Assembly (NCBI RefSeq): GCF_030144855.1
Contig: NC_082715.1
Location: forward strand, 80,538,001 to 80,602,000
DNA length: 64,000 bases
Reading direction: 5' to 3'
From: Hypanus sabinus
Taxonomy: Eukaryota
Below the pieces are notes generated by a model. It saw only the letters and a list, made by a program, of their open reading frames with translations. It did no database searches and was not told the DNA's origin. Shown one piece after another: positions 52,613 through 64,000 of the stretch; within the stretch, counting starts at the first letter, position 1; each line of letters begins with the position of its first letter. The position numbers and the translations under genes were made by a program.

Positions 52613-52714
52613 ACTGGGAATTGCGTTCCTATGACGTCATTGTATTATTACGTCAAAGCATTCAATACAATTCAATTGTTTAACGTCACATCTGGTACAC
52701 TAGTGTAAGGATTA

Positions 52715-53365
52715 CCAGTGTAGAGGAGGCCGCATGAGGAGCACCGGACAACCCCAGCAGACTCGCACTTGAACTGCTGCCTCACCTGGGAGGACTGTTA
52801 GACCTTCTAATTTGGCGGACCACTTCGTCCAGCTCCTCCACAAGCGAGACTTAGCCAAACATTTTAATTCCCATTTCCGCCCCGACGTATCAATCCATTG
52901 CCTTCTCGTGTGCCAAGAAGAGGCCACCCTCAGGGTGGAGGAGCAATACCTTGCATTCCAACCTGAGTACCCTCCATCCCTATGTTTTCTCCTTCCGGTG
53001 GACATATTTCACCCCTCCCCTTCTGACCTTTTACTTCTTCTCACCTGTCTATTACTTACACCCGCGTCCCCTCCTCCTTTCCTTTCTCATATTGTCCACT
53101 CTCCTCCGCTAATTCTGTCCTCTCCAGCCCTTGCCCTTACCCACCCACCTGGCTTCACATATCACCTTCCAGCTAGCCTCTATCCCCTCCCCCACCTTTT
53201 AATGCCGGCATCTTCCACACTTCCTTCTCAGTCCTGAAGAACGAAAACATCCACTGTTTATATTCTTCTCCATGAATACATTCTGCCTGACCTGCTGAGT
53301 TCCACCGGCGTTTTGTATGCGTCGCTTTGGATTTCTAGCATCTGCAGACTTTCTCGTGTTTTTAC
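52715..53365 (+). mobile_element. Penelope-like element 3' remnant with an inverted 5' piece (52715-52803)
   Basis: DHFVQLL..AKHFNSH..VSIHCLLVCQEEATLRVEEQYL (GIY-YIG C-terminal part), pyrimidine-rich UTR, terminal repeat ending ccagcatctgcaga..tgtgttt-type. Confidence 0.75.
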
Positions 53366-54108
53366 TAACAGTAAATATACCTGGAATGTCCAGATTGATG
53401 ATGTTCACCAGTGGAGTAATTGCAGTCACTTTCCTGGCATTGTCTGGAGAAAAGCTGTTGAAACTGGCTGCCTGAAGACAATGTTGAAAATAGTGGCCCC
53501 CATCTTAACTGCGTTTCCCAGGAGCACCATTGAGAGCGTCCTGACAAGTTGCTATGGGAGCAGAAGTCCCTGCAAAGGACTGTGAGAACAGCTGAGAGGA
53601 TCATAGGGGTCTCCCTACCTTCCATCGGAGACATTTATCCGGAGCGCTGCGTACGCAGGGCGCCACCTATCCTTCCAGCACCCTCTTTGACTTTCTAGCA
53701 TCAGGCAGGAGACTACAATGCATAAAAACGAGAACGGTTAGAATGAGAAACAGTTTCTTCCCGCAGGCTTTTAGGCCTCTGAATTTCCAGCCGTATCGTA
53801 CTCGAAGTGTCACTTGTTAGTTAATCTGTTATGTACTTTGCAATATTTAAAATTATGCATCTCAGTTTGTTAGTTATGTGTGATTCATGAGTAAATTTTA
53901 CCCTTACTTTCATAAATTATCGTGTATTATATGTGCTACTGTGCTTTACACCCTGGTTTGGAGAAACATTGTCTCATTTCTGTATATATTATGGTTATAT
54001 ACGTTAGATATACAGTATGTACAGAATGTAGTTAAATGACAATAAACTTGACTAGTGGTAGTTAACTGAGACGGATTTTACGTTGACCGTGTAGCTTACT
54101 GCTGTTCT

Positions 54109-54256
54109 GAACTCAGCTGCTTGGGCAGCATCCGTTGAACTGAGCAGTAGTCAACGTTGACGGCTCATTTCAACAGATGCTGCCCGACGTGCTGAGTTCA
54201 TCCAGCTTGTTTGTGCGTGTTGATTTGACCACGGCATCTGCAGTGTACTTTGTGTT
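54109..54256. mobile_element. Fold-back PLE terminal-repeat derivative (hairpin 54109-54199)
   Basis: Near-perfect inverted repeat centred on GTCAACGTTGAC (54150-54161). Confidence 0.75.
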
Positions 54257-54470
54257 TACTGCTATTCTTGTAGGTAAATGTAAAATGTTGCCCTGTTAAG
54301 GCACAATGATTTAGTTTCCCCTGAAAAATAATTTCAGCTTCCATTGCTACAGCAACAATATCGGAATTTCATACTTATAAGTATGGTAAATTATACCCTC
54401 CGGCTCAGTCCTTGACTAATTTTGGTTTGCTTGTATTTCAGCTTTATGGCATACTGCTACTTTGAAAACA

Positions 54471-54681
54471 TCGGACAAAAAGCTGGAGGAACTCAGCAGG
54501 TCAGGCCGCATCTATGAAGGAAAACGGACAGTGGACATTTCGAGCAGAGACCTTCATCTGGATTCGACCCAGTGCCGGCCCGATACGACGGTCCACTTCC
54601 TTCCGAAGATGCTGCCTGAGTTGCTGAGTTTCTCGCCTTTGTGTGTTGTACAGATTCCTGTATCTGCAGTCTCTTTGTCTC
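54471..54681. mobile_element. Fold-back PLE terminal-repeat derivative
   Basis: gctggaggaactcagcaggtcagg..catct ... agatgctgcctgagttgctgagtt inverted pair. Confidence 0.7.
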
Positions 54682-54848
54682 TATTTGATTAGTTTTAAAC
54701 TCGGGCCACTATACTGTGCGAAGTTAAACCTCGCAATCTGACTCCGGATTCCAAATGAATTTGCACATGCACACCCAATTCGCCTGATTAGCCCAGATGC
54801 ATTTGTAGAATATACAAACCAAAAAGAGTTCGTTATTATTAATACTAA

Positions 54849-55955
<1,107 letters not shown>

Positions 55956-58900
55956 TAGCGACATTCAACCGAGAGAACAGGATTGGAAGGGGGCAAATCA
56001 AAATCTTTGCACCTAGCAGATGGTTAGAGCATGGGTAATAGAGCAATTGGATAAATCCAATCCCTTTCTCGGTTGGTAATCGGGAATCATTATCTTTTGG
56101 TTGTAGGGGTTTGAACAGAAGCTGGGTTGCCTCGCTTCTCAACGTTGACAATTGGCAGTGGGACTGCTTGATGCCTGCATGCCTGGACCACGGTTTGCAT
56201 GTATGCAAGGTTAAAATCAGCTTTGCTTTGTGCGTGACATTTTTGGAACATGCTAAGTGAATTCAAAAGCATCCCACCCCATCCCCCCAGACTTGTCTGC
56301 AGTTCCTAATGAGACACAGTGAAGTTGTACAATATCCGAATGGTCAATCAAATGTAATCTTGGATTTGGAGCGTTTAGCAAGCTGTCTTACAGTTGTTGA
56401 ATGAGTTTGTTAATTGGAGTGCCAATGCAAAGGCTTAGCTGGTCAGATCTCATGCTCAGACTACTCTGATATAATTTGGGTCTGGCTGTTGTATTGTCCC
56501 CTAAGGTAAAAACTGCTGAGATCTCATCACAGAGCCAGTAACTAGGAAATAGCTCCTCATCAGCTTCCTCACAGCATTTGCCTTCAAAGTCTAACTGGGT
56601 TATAAATAATGTTTCAAAAGCCAGTACCTTTCAAAACAAGTTCACATGTGGGTCCAGCTCATTGAGAGCTGGTGCTGACATTATGTTGCTTTGAAGGATA
56701 CATTCTGATCTATGGAAAGTGGATCAGTGAGCATTTATAACTGTCCAGTTCAGATTTGCAAATTATTTTCATTATGGGCAGGACACTAGTATAGTGGTTA
56801 GCATAAGGCTGTTACAATGCCAATGAGATGGGTTCAATTCCTATCACCATCTGTGAGGAGTTTGTTCATTCTCCCCATGACAGCTAGTGTTTCCTCCCGG
56901 ATCCTCTGGTCTCCTCCCATATTACAAAGGCATTTAGGTTAATAGATTAATTGGTCACATGCATGTAAATGGGTGATGTGAGCAAGTTGGACCAGAGGAC
57001 CTGTTACTGTGTTGTATCTCTAAATAGAATAAATAAAATATTGCAGGCATTCAGGCTGAATGAATAATCTTCTAACCTCGGTGAGCCTGCCACTCAGCCA
57101 GCATTTCCTTCTAATCTTTATCTGAAGGAGGTATGGTACATATCCATGAGCATGTGGATGATTGGAAGATGCAGTCAGTCAGAATGTTACAGTATATGTA
57201 AAACCAAAAGCACTGGAAGCCTGAATTCAGTAAATCCGAATCACTGTCCTGTAGTTTGAATATTATTTAAGTGGTGGCGGGAAAAATGTCATTAATCGAG
57301 CAGCTGACCGTATTTGGAGATGGGGTGACTGGCTCGTAACAACCACAATCCCCTTACATTTTACAAACTATGATTCCAGTCAGAGTGTCTTCCCACTGAT
57401 CACAATTCATATCAGTTTTACTGAGGTTTCTCAATGCCGTCTCAGTCAAATGTTGCCTTGAGCAGTCACTGTCACCTCACCTTTCATATTCTGCTCTTTT
57501 ATCTGCTTGGATTTTGACTTTAATGAGGCGACTTGATGTGTATAAGTTTATCTAAGGCATAGACAGAATGGACAGTGAGCAGCTTTTCCTCAGTGTGGCA
57601 GTGCCCAATACCAGATAACATTTGTTTAAGGTGAGTAAAAGAAAGTTCAGGGGAGATATCAGAGGTAGGATTTTGCACATATGTGGTTGGTGATTGAAAC
57701 ACACTGCTGGGGATGGTGGTAGAGGCTGATATTTATAACCTTCCATTTCACAACATTGCATAACCTATTTTACTTACCCTCTATGCTAAGAAAAAATGGA
57801 GGGTTAGATCAGAATCAGGTTCAATATCGCTGACATATGTCGTGAAATTTGTTTACTTTGTGGTTCCAGTACAGTGCAATACATGATAATATGGGGGAAA
57901 AATTGAATTACAGTAAGTATATATGTATATCAAATAGTCAAATTAAATAATTAGTGCAAAAACACAAATAAAAAATGTAGTGAGGTGGTGTTCATGGTTT
58001 CAATATCCATTCAGATATCAGATGGCAGAGGTGAAGAAGCTGTTGCTCAGTTGCTGAGTGTGTGCTTTCAGACTTCTGTACCTCCTTCATTGATCATGAA
58101 GGAAGTTTACAGAAGTTGTCATGACATTGTGTGCCAAAGGGCCTCTACTGTGCTGTTCTGTTTTATGTTCTAGGATGTAACCCAGGGAATTTTCCCTGAT
58201 ATTAGAACAGCTTACTAGGGAAGCAACTAATTTTGGAGTGCAGGTGTTCTGTACTGCAGCTGGGGTGCTCGTTCTTCCCATGGTCTCTGCTGTAGACAGC
58301 TGTTTATTAATACCACGTGGAGTGAATCACATTGGCTGGAGACCAGTCTGGATCTCAGCACTTCTGGCTGAGCGTGTTTGTGAGTCCGTCAGTCATTTCA
58401 TTAGCACTCATATGCTGGGCTCCTCCATTGCTGAGCACGAGAATGCTATTGGAAACTTTCTTCTCCTGCATGTTGCTCAATTGTCCACCACCATTTATCA
58501 GTTGATGGCAAAACAGCGATTAGTCCCAGGCTGGGGGGGGGGGGGGCACTAATGTTGCAGCCCTGCCGAAACAGCTTGGCTGGAGTCCTGAACAGGTCTT
58601 GAGCACAGCCTTAACACTGCAGCCGGAATGTTTTCTAGTGCCTGAGCTTCGGCTCTCAGCTGTGACTTGTTATCACGCGGAACAAATTGAATTGGTTGAA
58701 AATTCATATCTGTGTATGAGTGATCTTAGAGAATGCCAAAATGGATCAGTCTTGCTGTGAATCATTGAAAATGGTTCAGTTTTGCCTTTGGCACTTGTTC
58801 TGGGCTCTGCATGACTGAACATGGGGATATTGTTCTATACGCCTCCTCCTGTTACCTATTTAATAATCCATCACCATTAAATACAGCCTGTCCTAAACAC

Positions 58901-59097
58901 AAGAGATTCTGCAAAGGGTGGAAATATTGAGCAACACATACAAAATGCTGGAGGAACTTGGTGTCAGACAGAATCAGAATAAAGTTTAACATCATTGGTA
59001 TATGTCATAGAATTTGTTGCTTTGCGGCAGTAGTACAGGGCAATACGGTACATAATAAAAAATGTATAAATTACCATTTGAAATATTATATATATTT

Positions 59098-59885
59098 CTG
59101 TGAATTCCAATGTATTCCGTAGGTTCCGGTTAATTGGGCCATCGGTTAATTGGGACAGCTGCTTATTTGGGACAATTCTTAAAGAACAAAAACTAATCAA
59201 GAAAATAGCTGGGTTTCCGGCTTTTGTTGCGGAGCAGTTTCTAACAAGCGTCAGTCATGTGCACTTGTGTGCCTGTTAGACACTACACCGTGCTTAGAGA
59301 GAACAGTTTCTAAATGGCATCAGTGGCATGTGTGTGTGTGTTCAAAAAGCTACGAGTTTTGTCACTGATAGTTGGTGAGAAATAAGCAGTAAGGCAATTC
59401 AGAATTGTTCACTGTGGTTTCAAGCATCGAGGCTTGGGGATGCCAGAAATGGCTGGGAATGAAAATAAAACTACTTCACTACTTCAAAAAGTTCGATATT
59501 ACGAAGATTTGAAGGAATTAACAATCATCTTGAATATACAATGAAAATGAAAATTTGGAGGATGCAATCTTGGCAGGCAGTCCATTACCTACACTAAAAT
59601 TCTGTGCTGATTGTGTTCTTTTACAGTCAAAAGAATGTGACACGGATAAACTCCTTGATCATCAGTATTAGGAACTAATACACGGTCTTCCAGTACTGCA
59701 GTATTATTGGTAGTGTTCTAATTTGTTCTGTATTTCATTTAAAAACGTAATTTTATGCTCAGTTTGTCTTTTTTTTTAATACCTTTTTAACTATTTCCGG
59801 GAAACTTCGGTTAATTTGGGCAGCTGCCTTATTAGGCCAAAATGTACTAGACTCGATGTGTCCCAATTAACTGGAATTCACTGTA
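59098..59885. mobile_element. Tigger/pogo-type non-autonomous element
   Basis: Right end cccaattaactggaattcactgTA is the inverted complement of the disrupted left end ctgtgaattcc..ttccggttaattggg; internal repeated cggttaatt(t/g)gg..cagctgc. Confidence 0.7.
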
Positions 59886-62800
59886 TATACACATGCACTA
59901 TTTACTTAATTTAAATTGTAAAAAAAAAACAAGAAGTAGTGAAGTAGTGTTCATGGGTTCATTGTCCATTCAGAAATCTGATTACGGATGGGAAGACACT
60001 GTTCCTAAAATGATGAGTGTGTGCCTGTCTTCAGGCTCCTTGTACCTCCCTGCTAGTAGCAATGAGAAGAGGGCATATCCTGCATGATGGTTCTTAATTA
60101 TGGATGCTGCCATTTGGAGGCATCGCCTTTTGAAGACGTCCTTGATGCTGGGGAGGCTAGTGCCCATGATGGAGCTGGCTGATTTTGCAACTTCCTGCAA
60201 CATTTTCTGATCCAGTGTAGTAGCCCCTCCATAGAAGACAGTGATGCAACCAGTTAGAATGCTCTGAAATACAGCATCCATGGAAGGGAATAAACAGTCA
60301 ACGTTTCAAGCTGTGATCCTTCATTGGTCCTGGAAAGGAAGGGGGCAGAAGCTAGAATAAGAGGGTGGGATGTAGAGCTGTGCTCTGAGCTGCAGAATAA
60401 TTGAACTGTTTCTCGCATGCTGCTTCCCTTTCCAGTTCTGTGTGGGAGTTTTTCCAGTTTGGTACCTCATTTTGTCTTTTTTGCTGCTGGTGTACCATTC
60501 TGTGCCCCTTATTGAAGGAGGGTTGGTCTCCTGTCTTGACACTGAGTGAAAGGATGTGTCAAGCTATTAGATTAGAGGTTGTGATGGAATATGGTTTTGT
60601 TGCTTGAGATGCTTATAGATACTCAGTTTTGAACTTTTCTTAACTATTTAGCTCAAATCTATTTCCCACCCCCAACACCAAGGATCGACTTTATTTACCA
60701 GATATAATTACTGTACACGTATTTGGAATTTGCCATGTTGTGTTGGTGCAACATGTAACAAAAACAACATTCAAAGAATAACAATTCATGTAAAAATAAG
60801 AGGTTAAAGTACAGATATGGAATAAAATGTGCATAAATATTTAAATGCAAATAAATAATGGAGGATGTCTCTGCATGCAGATAGAACTTTGTGTGCATAA
60901 GCACAGTGTGAAGGCACCTTATCAATACAATAGGTAGTCTCATCTAGATCGGTGAGAACTGAGCTTAAGTACATTTATTAGTTGCCACAGACTGATTGGA
61001 TATCTATTGGATGTAGGATCAGGAATTGTTCATTTAGCCTTGACTCTGCTCCACCATTCAATAGGGTTCCCTTGATTCTCCTAATGATCAAAAAATCTAC
61101 CTCAGCCTTAAATACACCCAAGGGCTCTATCCCTCACCCAGTGTGGCAAAGAGTTCCAAGTTACCTCTTGAAAGTAGAATCCTCCTACCTCAGTCTTAAA
61201 TGGATTCCACCTTGTTCTGAAACCATACCCTCCAGTTCTGAACTCTCCCATGAAAGGAAATAGCTTCTTTTCTGAGTCCAGCCCATAAAAATCTTTATGT
61301 TTTAAAAAAAAGATAAATATCTCTGTCAAGGCACCATCATCACTGATGTTATTAAGCTAGTCTAGTGATTGAAGTCATCCACCCATTGTGTGTCTTTGCT
61401 CTTGCTACTCTCAGTGTTGGAAGTGTATTGAGTCATCAGCTGAAGGAGGATGAGTGTGTGCATTTAGCAGGCTTCTTTGTGCATGTTCCTGATACAATGC
61501 CACAAGACTTTTTTAGATCTGGCATCCATGTTGAAATCCCCAAGGTCACTAGTACCTGATCATATAGCACTGTGCTGCTATTTCTGATCAACTCTGGGAT
61601 TAGGTTGAAGTGTTGGTTAAATCTATGAATTTAGGAATAATGGGCTTTTGCTTGACAGATCTTCAGATTTATCCTTATTGTGTTTATAAGTATTGGGTTG
61701 ACATAAAATACTCAGTGGTTTCAGAGGATTGCTAAAAGTCTGGAATGTATATATATAACCAGATGGGCTTCTAACATAATATGGCAGTTTAATGATCACA
61801 TACACTAGCTTTTGGAAATAAAATGTTTAATCAAACTGAATTTAAATTTCCTAACTGCTGTGATGGGATTTGGACAAGTATCTCTGAATTGATAGTCTTT
61901 GGGTTGCTAGTCTAGTGATGGCCAAACATTTGTTAATTATTCTCCAAATCACAATGGATCATTCAAAAAATGTAACACAAAGGACATAATAGCTGAAAGG
62001 CTCTCAGCGTTAAGGACAAATTCAGCTTTTCAAGTTATTTTGCCATCCACCCACACTGAATGGATACATTCCACGGATAAACTACTGTATTGTTCAGAAG
62101 CCAAAGTGGTCGTAATCTATAGATTGTTGTATAGTTTTTGATTTAATACAAAATAACAGAACCCTGCAGTGCTTAGAAACAAAAGTTTAAAAAAATCGAT
62201 CATAACAGACCTTTGTTGTCCTGGGTCTCTAATACAGTATAAAAGATTAATTCTTTTATTCTTCTCCACTAACATTTGAGATAAGAAGATTTTTTGTATC
62301 AGACAAATGATAAGAGTCAGATGAATGGGCATTTGTATAGTTCCTTATTTTACTCCTGGGATAGCATAATGCACTTGACAGCTATTGAATTCTTTTAAAA
62401 ATGTTGAGAAGAATTCAGTGCATCAAATTCACTATTATCTAGAATGTTGCAGACAATTTACACATAATATGCAATGAAATATAACAATTCAGAAACCAAC
62501 GATTTTTATGTCCATGTGTATCTTCCACATGAATAAATATTTCTAATCACATTCTAGCAGTTTGTTCCTGTATCTGTTCAATCTCTTTTCTTTCATCTGC
62601 TATCCAATCTAATCTTGAATGCTGACCTAGTTTCCTCCTTGGCCACTAATCCTAAAAGTCAATTTCATGCTTTGTAACCCCATGAAGCTGTTCCTCACAG
62701 TTTTAAAATCTCTTGCATTTAATATAGTCCCCTGTTGATCCCACCAAACTATAAGAAGCAGCTTTTTTTCCCTACTTTAATGCATTCTGCCACAGTGCTA

Positions 62801-64000
62801 AAACCTGTACGTTATCCTGTAATTTGAGTATTAGTATAAAGACCCACATTTCTTTGCAATTCTTTCCTATTGAGCAGCATTTCAGTGAATTGCTGGCATT
62901 ATCCTTTCTGAATTCCAATGTCTTTCCTCCACCACAGAGCCCCGTAATACCGCAGAGATTTTATTGAGGTTTTATTTTGGCCGATAATTATTTCTTTCTT
63001 ACATTCCATACTTGTAAGATGAGGCCTACAGTTCTGTGTTTTTTAAAAAGTGCATTATCAAACATGGGTGTTTGTTTTCACTTTTCTTTGGACCTGTAAC
63101 CTAATTTTCTCTGATCTTTCCTATTCATGCAGAGGATTAATTTTGTTACTTTCTTTTATAGAAGTGCATCAAATTACAAGTGATACTACAATTTCATCTG
63201 TTACTGTTTAGCTCCATTGCTCCATCAAATCAATCAATCAATGCTCAACTTACCTTTAATTGGCTAAGACTTAACCATACCCATAACCTGGTATTATTAT
63301 CAAGTTTCAATGCCCTTCCTTCTCGACTCGTGTCCAAGACCCCATGAAAATTGGATGAACAGTAGTTGAATGCTTTTTTGATGGTTGGCGCAGAGAGGAA
63401 TGCTCGCAAGCAGCGCAGTCTGTACCTTGAATTGCGCATGTGGATCTGTTGGTCCAGCTGGTGACTGATGGCATGATCTCTGTTGCTTTGGTAGGTGGGT
63501 GACGTAGTAGCATAGTGGTCGGCACAGTGCTGCCTATCACCAGTCAGGGTTCAATTCCCACCACTGTTCTCCCCGTGATTGCGTGGGTTTCCTCCAAAGA
63601 CATACAGATTAGGGTTAGTAAGTCAGCATGCTATGTCAGTGCCGGAAGCATGTCAACACTTGTGGGCTGTCCACAGCACAATCCTCACTGATTTGATTTG
63701 ACACAAACCAAACTTCAAAATAAATTTATCATCAAAGTGTGTATATGTAACCACATGTTGCCTTGAGATTCATTTTCTTGCAGGCATTCACAGAAGAACA
63801 AAAAAAATACACAATAGAATCAATTAAAACTACACACCAAGACTGACAAGCAACCAATGTGAAACAGAAGACAAACTGTGCAAATAAACACAAATAATAA
63901 ATAAAATAAATGATACAGAGGACATTTCACTGGATGTTTTATTGTACACATGACAAATAAGGTTAACCTCTTTGCTCCAACATCTCCAAGAACATGCTGT

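Overview
Repeat-rich vertebrate genomic DNA, not prokaryotic. The repeat families suggest a cartilaginous fish, probably a ray (inference). Three spliced protein-coding genes are supported. (1) Presenilin-2 (PSEN2), minus strand: a probable non-coding first exon near 20.05-20.09 kb, then eight coding exons from the ATG at 17020 down to 889. The GLGD/PAL exons lie left of the window. (2) A complete two-exon FAM89A, minus strand, 173 aa. (3) The first coding exon (RING + B-box1 + B-box2) of TRIM67, plus strand, head-to-head with FAM89A. The rest is mostly CR1, Rex1/Babar-type and RTE LINE fragments, tRNA-derived SINEs, Tc1 and Tigger-type non-autonomous DNA transposons, and many Penelope-like element (PLE) remnants. 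Most striking: a 3.8 kb array of 91 x 42-bp units that appears to have been born from the coding sequence of a PLE (it produces the 1,300-aa ORFs, which are probably not genes); minimal hammerhead-ribozyme motifs in PLE terminal repeats, one with an intact core, often in fold-back arrangements; and a three-level nest of CR1 LINEs.
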